From positions 1 through 64,000 of the forward strand of contig JAUCBJ010000012.1 in NCBI GenBank assembly GCA_032718475.1: a DNA stretch of 64,000 nt, read 5' to 3'. Below the pieces are notes generated by a model that saw only the letters and a list, made by a program, of their open reading frames with translations, was not told the DNA's origin and did no database searches. Shown one piece after another: positions 49,901-61,420 of this stretch. The position numbers were made by a program, and so were the translations under genes. This stretch comes from Nemertoderma westbladi. Its lineage: Eukaryota; Animalia; Xenacoelomorpha. The stretch's first letter is position 1. Each line of letters begins with the position of its first letter.

Positions 49901-50621
49901 TTCTTTCTCTAACTTGATAAAGCAGCTGTCCCTGCTCTTGAGGTCCTTGGGGTTGTTGAAACAGTTGTTTTTCTAATCACTCCATGGAGCTGAAGAATCC
50001 CTGTACGTATCCGGCTGCGGACCTCTTCCACACAGCTGGATCGATGGTTTCCTTGGTTACTCCCATCCTGTGTATATCTTCCCAGGCAGCTTCTGATAAA
50101 TCAAACGGGAGTCCGGGTCCGGGGAAGTTCCATTGCGACTCGACAATAGACTTCAGTTCTTCCCTTGTGTATCCCTCATAACTATCTTTAGTCGATCGCT
50201 TACTTCTCGCCCAATCGATCTGGTGTTCTTCCACCGCAATCAATAACCTAGTGAGTATGGCTGCAGGAAGGATGAGAAGGGGATCCGAATAAACCGCATC
50301 CGTCATCTTTGCTCCGCGCTCGGGTGTCAGCTCTACAGTATCCTCACTACTGGAGCTGTCGGGCCGTTGAGAAATAAGTTCTTGGCTCGCGGGTTGTTGT
50401 TGTTCCGCTGCTTCTTGGTCCCGCTTGACCTGAGCTCTAGTGCCTATGACAGACCTACGGTGTTGGACCAGCCTAGGTTCTGATATTACTACTGGGGAAA
50501 TGATCTTTCTTACAGTAGGAGGTGAGTTGAACTTCGGTCTAACACGTTCCACACTCCTGTCTGGGTCACATAAGGTTGTATCTAGGAGACTGTCTGACAG
50601 GTTTTGCTTTGTGTCAGACAT
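46959..50621 (-). pseudogene. BEL Gag of copy B, in-frame CGA>TGA stop at 49979-49977
   Basis: ORFs 49977-50621 and 46878-49835 share a frame; DUF1759-like region and triple knuckle CALC..H..C / CYNC..H..C / CAKC..HH...H. Confidence 0.9.
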
Positions 50622-52870
50622 GTTGGTTTGTACAGTTGAATGCCTACTGCTATATTACAGTTAAAGCAAGTTTAGTAATTCAGTATCAACTGTTAGCCTA
50701 GTAATTAATTACCGATACTGCTACTCAGTGTAGCGTGATATATATATAATATATTAGAATACCGGTATGCTTATAGTATATATATAAGTATTATTACAGA
50801 CTAGGTTTGTCACAGGATACCGGTATGTAATTCCAGCACAAATATATATAAATATATAATAGGCCTATCGTGAATACCGGTATGCAGCTTACACTTATAG
50901 TACATATAAGTATAATTATTAACTAGAATTAATTACAGAATACCGGTATGATTTCAGCCTAAATTTATATAACTAAATATAATAAGCCTATCGTGAATAC
51001 CGGTATGTCAATTATTTTAGAATAATTGAATTTCTGAATTTTTAGGGGTTACTTGGTTACTTTAACTTACTTTATTACCGTTATTTAAGCAGTAGTCCAA
51101 CTGATATTTAGACCTAATTGTTGTATGGCAGGCCTACTATTTATAAATCGTTTGATTTGATTTATAATATATATATACCCGTTTAATGGGTTTTGTCAAT
51201 ATTTGAAATAAATGTTATTATTTCTGGGGGGAGTCACTACACAGAAGCTGTGCGCTCTCAGTGGAATGCTACTTGTTGGACACTAAAACAAATAATTCTA
51301 ATTTACCTAAGTTACTTAATACTACAAATTACATACAATTCGGGGTGAGATTACAATCTCTAAATAAACACAAAAAATTACACGTACGAATTTTTAGGGT
51401 AATTTTACAAGAAGTCTACAAACCAGCCTAACAAAGGGTTAGAAATCTGGTTATTACAACGGACAGAGTACTACGGTATTTGAAAATAATAAGTAGTAGT
51501 AAATATACTGCGTTGTCCAGATAGAAAAATACCACCGTCTGACGACTTATAGCCGTATCGCTATAAGTACTACGTTATGTATCACGGAGTGTTCCTACCT
51601 AGAAGTTAATTACCGCGGTCTACCAGAACCAACGTGCCTATTAACCACTTTACAACACAAATATACTGCCTACACACTAATTGCCTTCGGAAAGCACTGT
51701 ACACTAAACCCTAAATTAGGTACAAGTACTTATACAACAAATAATTAGTAGTTAAAATACTTGAACAGCTAAAAGAACCACGGTATCTGCCGGAGTGACC
51801 AAAGCACAAAATCTCCAGTCTTTACCTACGCCGAGCAGCCCTGATGTAGTACCGGGGTTAGTTTAACTATAACAGTATGTATAACAAGCACAATTACTGT
51901 AGGAATAAACTTGGGGAATGAATGTTGCAAATAATCGCATAAACTCTGAATAATAAATATTACGCTACGCGTACAGACTACTCAAACAAAATGCAGACCA
52001 AATACTGACAGACTACTATCAAGCCTAAACAAACTACGGTATATGCAGACTCCGAAATGGTTAGTTAGTATGCGTTCTAACCTAGTAGTACGACTTATTC
52101 TTTCAGAGGGGGTTTACCTCACAGCACTGGAAGCCCCTACATTCCCAACTGGCACTTTATCGGACATACACTCTACACACACCGAAATTTCCTCAGACCT
52201 AACAACAGCCAGACAACTATCCAGCCTACAAATTATCTAAATAAGAATTATACGCTACCTGTATAGACTACACAAACAGAGTACAGACCAAACGCTGGCA
52301 GACTACTATCAAGCCTAAATAAACTACAGTATATGCAGACTCCGAAATGATTAGTTAGTATGCGTTCTAACCTAGTAGTACGACTTATTCTTTCAAAGGG
52401 GGTTTACCTCACAGCACTTGAAGCCCCTACGTTCCTAACTAGCACTTTATCGGACAGATGCTCTACACACACTGCAATCTGTTCAGACTTAACAACAGTT
52501 TGACAACAGTCTAGCCTACAAATTGTCTGTACAATCTGAGCAGGCTTACACGCCTTCTGCTCAATATTGGCCTACAAATAAATAAAACTTGACAGAAATA
52601 AGTAAAATCTCAATAAAAAACCAGGGCAGGGCGGCCGTCCCTGATTAATTATTAAGGCCTACCGGTATATAATTATCAAAATCGAATAATACTGCTGTAC
52701 CTGTACTGCTGTAGGTACCGGTCCGGGTGGTTAGGTAGTCAGGCCTACTGGGTACCGGTTGCCGGTACTTCAGCTTTATTGCCTACTGCAATACAGAAGC
52801 AATATCCGTTATTGTTCTTACCAGAACAATATTAAACTGTATTTATTGCCTACCCTGCAATCCGAACTTG

Positions 52871-52881
52871 ATATCCGTTAT
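52871..52881 (-). promoter_or_regulatory. Non-tRNA PBS of copy B (ATAACGGATAT), complementary to 53628-53618
   Basis: Abuts the 5' LTR end; exact 11-nt complement inside the LTR. Confidence 0.7.
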
Positions 52882-54061
52882 TGTTCGCGCTTTCAGACCT
52901 TTAGCAGTTTAACCTGCCAAATTTGGATGTCTTTTAGATGATAGATAGTCTTTAGCCTATGACAAGTATTTGATACACTACATTAGCCGAATCCAGTCTA
53001 TGCGCGATCATTCACCCGCTGGATATACCCGGGAGACTGGATTCGGAAGCCTAACCGTATTGCGGGGTAGGCCTACTGTATTATTCGACTGATCGTAATA
53101 TATATAATCTCTGACAAATATTATTCACTTTCGGGAAATATTAACAGTTCCTTTAGGACGTGGCGCTTTAAAAATATAAACAGAGTTATGACTTAAACTA
53201 GACACAACGGGATGGCTATAGATTCACGTATATGGCGCATTCTTTAGGAGATGCTTCGTTATCAATCACGATCATACACAATACTGCACAATGCTGCACA
53301 CTAATCTGCCGACCTTCACTAATTTTAGTCACATATAAGGAGAACAACAGACAATACGTGTAGGGCCTATAAAATAGCATTAGATTCACTTCAAACCACT
53401 TAATGTAAGTCGCAATCGTTATATGTATCCGGTCTCTCTAACCTTTACTATATCAAGAAGATTGGGGTGTCTGATTGTTTATCAGTATTCCAAATATAAT
53501 ATTCCATCAACAAATATAATGAATAACCGACAGCAAAAGCAGTAATGTTAAGGTATGTTATGAGTGAGTGAGTAAGTTAAGTTATGTTATGTATGTATGA
53601 TCAGTGAGTTTGATATGATAACGGATATACGTTCTATAATTAAGCCTACTAATGTTGAACTAAAGACTGAAACACGGAGGTTCCACGCCGGTGTTGTAGG
53701 CTGTGGACAAAATCACAATACTGACTCACTTCCCTAGTTTCTATATACAATCTCCAACACAGAGGCAAAAAACGCTCTGATTGGTCGACCGAACAAAGAG
53801 AGAACAAAGAACAAAGAGATGTTCCACGTGGCAATATCAGCTGTTAGCCGTCGTCATGGTATCTACACTGTTTCAAGAGGATCCGGCGTATTGAGTCATA
53901 GAATTGCTAATCATGTCCGCTAAAGTACACATACAGAAGAAATGGCTTTTATGTCCTCTAAAACAACAGTGCAGTAAGGACACGGCCTTTTATGCCTGCT
54001 AAACCAACTACAGAGTACTTTACGGGGAAAATAACCGGCTAATTACGCAAAAGCATTTACA
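52882..54061 (-). repeat. 5' LTR of copy B (1180 bp)
   Basis: TGTAAATG...GCGCGAACA; ~99.3% identical to the 3' LTR by eye. Confidence 0.95.
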
Positions 54062-54066
54062 AAGTC

Positions 54067-55620
54067 TACGGGCAAAGTGCGTAAGTAATCTGACAGAGTC
54101 AAGCCTGCAGATTGCTGCTGCTCTGTTCTCAAAACTAAACCGTTGATCCTGGGACGAACGAAGTAGCCAGCGGGCAGATGTGCTAGCGCTCTAGAGCTGG
54201 TCAGCCAAAGCTAAGTCCTCAGCGGGAGCCTTACCTACAAACCCAAATACCAAGTAACCTCTGCAGCGAGGAACACGGTACTGGATCAAACAAAGTAGGT
54301 CCGATACCGAAGAGCAGAACCTAGATTAGCTGCCGAGGCTGCCATTTACTAAGGCCTGTCGTTATTGACTGACTTTTCCATCGGAATGTGGCCCTTTTTA
54401 AACTCGGTATTCGGGGTCAATGTGAAGTTGACCCCTAATTATCACCTAGTCATAATCTGTCTTTCCTATGCACTGATTTACTTTGAAATATGTAAAATAT
54501 GATTAATATTGGGTTTGGTATCGTATCATCTCACCTCGAATCCATAAGGATTTATGGGGAAAGTGAAGATGCCGGCTCGAATATCGTAAGTTCATTCTCA
54601 TTAGTTGCTGCCTTTTCTACCCTCCACTTCAGTTTCGAATGGAGACTCGCGAGATACTCAAGCTCTTCACAGCGAGATATCTGGTCCATGATTGTTATGT
54701 CAGTCCAACACTCAAAAACACAATGATTTCTGTTCTTCCCAAGATGTATATACACAAACATACATATAAACTTATATACAGAAAAATACAGTACTTTTAG
54801 TCGTTTCGTTATGCTAAAAATACTCTGAAAAAATAAAATTAAATGTTATAGAGCAAGTCACGGGTTATGAAAAACGTCGTAATAAACTTGGTTCAGCTTC
54901 ATGCTATTGGAACTTGGCGATAGTGCAGAACACCAGGATACCGTCTGAGTCCAAACAGTGGTGGGACCAATTGGACGGAAATGGTTAGCGGTTACTTTGC
55001 CCTCAAAACTATACCGTCGATCCTGGCGAGCCTGGGATGAACTGTATATCCAGCGGACAGAGTGCTCAAGCACTACCGAAACTGACAGAGTCGAAGCCTA
55101 TAGGGACTGGACTGCTTAGTTTGCCCCCAAAACTAAATAGTGGATCCTGAGACAAACTAAGTAGCAAGTGGACAGAGTGCGCGAGCGCTCTGGGGGTATT
55201 CCAGAGATCTCAATCCTGGGCAGTAACGTGTAACATCTTACCTTCCCAGCTACTGTGAACCCGCTAAGGCCGGCCTGGGAAGAAAGAAGTCCAATACCTT
55301 GGAGTGGAGCTCACTTTAAGGCTAGTCAGCGAAAACTCAGTCCTTGGCGGTAACGTCTTACCTTCCCAGCTACCACGAACTCGCTAAGGCCGGCCTGGGA
55401 AGAAAGAAGTCCAATACCTTGGAGCAGAGCCTAGTTTAGCTGCCGAGGCGGCCAACTATGAAGGCTGATTTTTGGGACTGACTTTTCCATCCAAATGTGG
55501 CCCCTTTTAAACCCGGTGTGGGGTCAATAAGAAGTTGACCCCGAATTATCACCTAAACACAGTTTGTCTTTATTGTGCAGTGATTTTACGTTAAACCCAT
55601 GTAAATATAATTAATATTGG
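54067..55620 (+). repeat. Diverged tandem duplication of the sequence flanking copy B (~37450-37890 + 54070-54510 repeated at ~54720-55620)
   Basis: Shared blocks gtcgtaataaacttgg..ggaacttggc and gactgacttttccatc..aagttgacccc; boundaries approximate. Confidence 0.6.
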
Positions 55621-55934
55621 TTGTTAGACTGACCAATAACCGATTCGATTACTAATGAATGGCAATAGCAATAGTCAATTATTCCTTTGTTAATAACTGG
55701 GTGGGATTAATAGGTGGGTGAGGTTGGCGTACTGAGGGGCCAATGAGAGAAAGGAGGGAGGTTGTACAGGGACCTCCTTCATTGGATAGCAGTAATTTGT
55801 AGGGGAGTAGCCGGCAATATTGGTTGGAATTGTGGGTGAGGGCAGTTAAGGATGTCTGGGATGGAAATATGTTGTAATATTGGATATTAATGGAATGAAA
55901 TATTACGGTGGGAAAGGGAATAATTGCGTAGTGA

Positions 55935-56343
55935 TTATTTCATTTTTAAATCAGGATCATGATGGAGTGTATTTTTGTATGTTTGCCTACGGAGGCGCAA
56001 AAAATCGATTACAGTAAAGTGTTCAACCACATCCTCTTCTTTCTTTGACTTATCATTACGGCTGAACCACCGTTGCATCTCAGTACGGACAATGACTTCC
56101 TCATCCAAGTCATACGTGTACTCTCGGGCCACCTCTAGCAATGATTCCATTAAGTTGACCTTTGCATAGGCAGGGAGTAGTTCATGAAGTGTAAGCTCAC
56201 TCGGTACAGTAGAAAAGCGGTATGACAGCTCAGTGTGCATACTGTCTATGAATGGAATAAATACTGACCGTCGTAATACTCCTCAGGAGTTGATCATCAA
56301 CATTAGACCGATAAATTTGTTGCTTCGTACGGCGTGGGATGGC
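55935..56343 (-). pseudogene. hAT (ZMYM1/P52rIPK-like) transposase fragment interrupted by BEL copy C
   Basis: PRRTKQQIYRSNV...TPEEYY...SVFIPFIDSMHTELSYRFS...EMQRW. Confidence 0.65.
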
Positions 56344-57512
56344 TGTAAAAGCTTTTGCGGAATTAGCTGGTTATTTTCCCCGCAAAGTACTCTGTAGTTG
56401 GTTTAACGGACATAAAAAGCCGTTTCCTTACTGTACCGGTGTTTTAGAGAACATAAAAAGCCATTTCTTCTGTATGTGTACTTTAGCGGACATAACTAGC
56501 AATTTTATGTCGCAATACGCTAAAATCCTCTTGACACAGTGTAGTTACTATGATGACGGCTAACAGCTGATCTGTACACGTGGAGCTTTTCCTTTGTTCT
56601 CTGTTCTTTCTTTGTTCGGTCGACCAATCAGAGCGTTTTTTGACTCTGTGTTGGAGATTGTATACAGAAACTCATGCAATTGAGTCAGTTGGTGTATTTT
56701 GTCCACAGCCAGAAGACCGGCTTTGGAATCTCTGTGTTTTCAGGCTTTAGCAAAACATTAGTAGGCTTGATCATAGAACGTATAACCGTTATCTAAACAA
56801 TTCATACCTAATCAAACAAAACAATCAAAACACCGCATTTTTACTGCTATTTACTGTCGGTTATTAATTATATCAGTTGATGGAATATTATTATATTGGG
56901 ATAATATCGATCAATAATCAGAAACCCCAATCTTCTTGATATACTGAAGGTTAGAGAGACTGGTTACATATAACAATTGCGACTTACATTATATTGGTTT
57001 TGGAGTGAATCTAATGCTATTTCATAGGCACTACATGAGTCAGTGGTTGTTCTCTTTATATGTGACTAAAATTAGTGAAGGTCGGCAGATCGGTGTGCAG
57101 CATTGTGCGGTAGTGTGCATGATTGTGACTGATAACGAAGCATCTCCTAAAGAATGCGCTTTATACATGAATCCATAGCCATCCCGTTGTGTCTAGTGTA
57201 AGTCATAACTCTGTTTACATATTTAGAGCGCCATGTCCTAAAGGAACTGTTAATATTTCCCAAAAGTGAATAATATTGGTCAGAGATTATATATTAACAA
57301 TCAGTCGAATAATACAGTAGGCCTACACCGCAATAAGGTCAAGGCTTCCGAATCCAGTCTCCCGGGTATATGCAGCGGGTGAATGGTCGCGCATAGACTG
57401 GCTTCGGCTAATGTAGTGTATCAAATACTCGTCATAGGCTAAAGTCGATTTATAATCTAGAAGACATCTAAATTTGGCAGGTTAAACTGCTAAAGGTCTG
57501 AAAGCGCGAACA
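56344..57512 (+). repeat. 5' LTR of copy C (~1169 bp)
   Basis: TGTAAAAG...GCGCGAACA, homologous to the B LTRs. Confidence 0.9.
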
Positions 57513-57523
57513 ATAACGGTTAT
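57513..57523 (+). promoter_or_regulatory. Non-tRNA PBS of copy C (ATAACGGTTAT), complementary to 56782-56792 (ATAACCGTTAT)
   Basis: Compensatory substitution relative to copies A and B at both sites. Confidence 0.7.
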
Positions 57524-58606
57524 TGCTTCTGTATTGCAGTAGGCAATAAAGCTGAAGTACCGGTCAACCGGTACCCAGTAGGCCTGACTACCTAACCACC
57601 CGGACCGGTACTTACAGCAGTACAGGTACAGCAGTATTATTCGATTTTGATAATTATATACCGGTAGGCCTTAATAATTAATCAGGGACTGCAGCCCTGG
57701 TTTTTTATTGGGATTTTACTTATTTCTGTCAGTTTTATTTATTTGTAGCCCAATATTGAGCAGAAGACGTGTAAGCCTGCCCAGATTGTACAGATAATTT
57801 GTAGGCTGGACTGTTGTCTGACTGTTGTTAAGTCTGAAGAGATTGCGGTGTGTGTAGAGTGTATGTCCGATAAAGTACTAGTTAGGAAAGTAGGGGCTTC
57901 CAGTGCTGTGAGGTAAATCCCCTCGAAAGAATAAGTCGTACTACTCGGTTAGAACGCATACTAACTAACCATTTCGGAGTCTGCATATACTGTAGTTTGT
58001 TTAGGCTTGATAGTAGTCTACCAGCGTTTTGTCTGTATTTTGTATGTGTAGTCTGTACGGGTAGTGTAATATTTCTTATTTAGATAATTTGTAGGCTGGA
58101 TTGTTGTCTGGCTGTTGTTAGGTCTGAAGAGATTGCAGTGTGTGTAGAGTGTATGTCCGATAAAGTGCCAGTTAGGAACGTAGGGGCTTCCAGTGCTGTG
58201 AGGTAAACCCCCTCGAAATAATAAGTCGTACTACTCGGTTAGAACGCATACTAACTAACCATTTCGGAGTCTGGATATACCATAGTTTGTTTAGGCTTGA
58301 TAGTAGTCTGTCAGCATTTGGTCTGCATTTTGTTTGAGTAGTCTGTACGCGTAGCGTAATATTTATTATTCAGAGTTTATGCGATTATTCGCAACATTCA
58401 TATCCCCAAGTTTATTCCTACAGTAATTGTGCTTGTTATATATACCGTTATAGTTAAATTAACCCCGGTACTACATCAGGGCTGCTTGGCGTAGGTAAAG
58501 ACTGGTGATTTTGTGCCCCGGTCACTCCAGCAGATGCCGTGGTTCTTTTAGCTGTACAAGTATTTCTAACTGCTAGTTATTTGTTGTATAAGTACTTGTA
58601 CCTAAT

Positions 58607-60312
58607 CCCAGTTAAACATGAGTATGTGTTTCATATATGGTTGCCATAAATAATTCGACATGTGATACATATATGTAAATGTTACAGTGTTGTCAAATGT
58701 GATCCATATGTGGAATGTTCACATGTGATACACATATGTTTTTTATGTGACAAGTGCGACAAAAAGAGTAAAAATTTAAACTGAGACCGACCAATCACTG
58801 GTGTGGGTCTGCATTTCCTATAGAGAGGTGGGGCGGGGGGGGGGGGGGGGGGTAGCCTACCTCAGTACCTTATCCTATCCAATCCCTACACCCTATCCTA
58901 CGGCCCTACACCTACCCTATACATTTAGAGAAGGAAGCATCGGAGTATATATGAAAATATTTAATCCATAGTGATATGAGAGTATCCTTAATAGATTTTG
59001 GTTATGATCCGTAAATTCGTATTCTATTAGTTAGATTTAATTAAGTTATCTAATTTCCAGCTATAATAGATTATTCATTTTGATAAATCTTCGAAAATTA
59101 ATTAATTCTAAGATCATATAATTGCTCATATGATATTTTATATCTAATTTTAAGACATCTTTTCCATACAACATATATATACCACATATGAAACATATGT
59201 TCAATTTTTTAACGGGATAAGAACTGCAATAGGCCTGCCTACCTTACGGATGGTATAGTGCATGTATGTTATCTGTCTATGTCTGTACCCCTTACTGATA
59301 CTTAGCAGCGCAGATGACAATGCACAACCACAACCTGACAAGTGAAAACCACCACACAGCCATACATATGTTTGTCTAATTCTGTTAATACAGCACTGTA
59401 CAATGCACATGCACAGCACAATGTGCATAGTGCAAGGCAGAAAGCAGGCAAGTCACACACTGCATCACTGAACAATTGAGTGGACTATGACTGTATGATA
59501 AGCGGTAGGCTTATGCAACGCATTATGCTGTTATGGGTAAAATATAAAATAATTTGCGATTCACTAGCTAAACTACAAGCGACACGACGTGGTTAAGAAG
59601 AAAGATTGCAGGATCAGACTATGAAATGCCTATCATTTTAAGAATGTGTCCCACCACCAGCCCTCAAATGCAATAAACAAAACAATTGGACGATCGACTA
59701 TGGTTACTTCAATTTAGTGTCCATACAGCCTTCACAGATCATTTAAACCTTATAGCAGGCCTATGTATTGATTATACATTATATGGTTAAATAGCCGGTA
59801 CTTTGAAAATACAGTATAACAAAAAATATAGATTCAACGTATTATACTGCTGATTAAAACGATATTTGTTCTTAATGCAAAAAGCTGAGTAGTGACATCA
59901 ACAAATTCCGCATCCCCCCTCGCTATTCTTTTCTGTACATGTATTACTGTAAGGCCTGTATTACCATAAGGCAAACATGTGTGCAACATATAAAATCCAT
60001 GAACTGGATTACACAATTACGAATTGAATAGTTTATGGATTTAAATTTAACTCGGAGTCTTGGCTATGGCTATTTCACATATGCTCGACATATATTATTC
60101 ACATGCGCATTCTCACACATTTATTTATGATAAATTCATATGTGCAACATATAAATACCATAAATGGCGATACACACATTCTAAGTGTATGTATCACCGC
60201 ATGCGTGACATGTATTATTCATACATGAGCATAAAAACCCAATTTCCAGACACACCTATTCCATACAACATATATATACCACATATGAAACATAAGTTCA
60301 TGTTTAACTGGG
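58607..60312. mobile_element. Non-autonomous CMC/EnSpm-like TIR element inserted in the leader of copy C
   Basis: CCCAGTTAAACATGA...TCATGTTTAACTGGG; 2-bp TSD AT (empty site cctaatttaggg in A and B); inner copy of the right subterminal sequence at ~59162-59203. Confidence 0.8.
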
Positions 60313-61420
60313 ATTTAGGGTTTAGTGTACAGTGCTTTCCGAAGGTAATTAGTGTGTAGGCAGTATATTTGTGTTGTAAAGTGGTTAATAGGCACGTTGG
60401 TTCTGGTAGACCGCGGTAATTAACTTCTAGGTAGGAACACTCCGTGATACATAACGTAGTACTTATAGCGATACGGCTATAAGTCGTCAGACGGTGGTAT
60501 TTTTTCTATCTGGACAACGCAGTATATTTACTACTGCTTTGTTATTTTCAAATACCGTATTACCTTGTCCATTGTAATAACCAGATATTCTAACCCTTTG
60601 TTAGGCTGGTTTGTAGACTTCTTGTAAAATTACCCTAAAAATTCGTACGTGTAATTTTTTGTGTTTATTTAGAGATTGTAATCTCACCCCGAATTTTACG
60701 TAATTTGTAGTATTAAGTAACTTAGGTAAATTAGAATTATTTGTTTTAGTGTCCAACCAGTAGCACTTCACTGAGAGCGCACAGCTTCTGTGTAGTGACT
60801 CCTTCCCAGAAATAATAACATTTATTTCAAACATTGACAAAACCCATTAAACGGGTACACAAATATTATAAATCAACTCAAACCGATTTATAAAATAGTA
60901 GGCCTGTCATACATCAATTAGGTCTTAATGTCAGTTGGACTACTGCTTAAATAACAGTAATAAGGTAAAGTAAAGTAACCAAGTAACCCCTAAAATTCAG
61001 AAATTCAATTATTCTAAAATAATTGATATACCGGTATTTACGATAGGCTTATTATATTTATTTCTATAAATTTAGGCTGAAAATTATACCGGTATTCTGT
61101 AGTTAATTCTAGTCTGTAATAACACTTATATATATACTATAAGTGTAATCTGTATACCGGTATTCACGATAGGCCTATTATATATTTATATATATTTGTG
61201 CTGAAATTTATATATACCGGTATTCTGTGACAAACCTAGTCTGTAATAATACTTATATATACACTATAAGTGTATACCGGTATTCTAATATATTGTATAT
61301 ATATTACGTTACATAGAGTAACAATATCGGTAATTAATTACTAGGCTAACAGTTGATACTGAATTACTAGACTTGCTTTAACTGTAATATAGCAGTAGGC
61401 ATTCAACTGTACAAACAAAC

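Larger units (their letters stand above)
37979..54061 (-). mobile_element. BEL/Pao LTR retrotransposon, copy B: both LTRs present, PR/RT/RNase H and most of IN deleted, extra 3' gene
   Basis: Two LTRs offset by 14880 bp with 8 mismatches by eye; 5-bp TSD AAGTC (37974-37978 / 54062-54066); purine tract GGGAGCGG before the 3' LTR. Confidence 0.95.

Noticed and set aside
49977-49979. Programmed readthrough or separate ORF0 in gag
   Set aside because: Copies A and C have CGA at this codon, so it is a private nonsense mutation.
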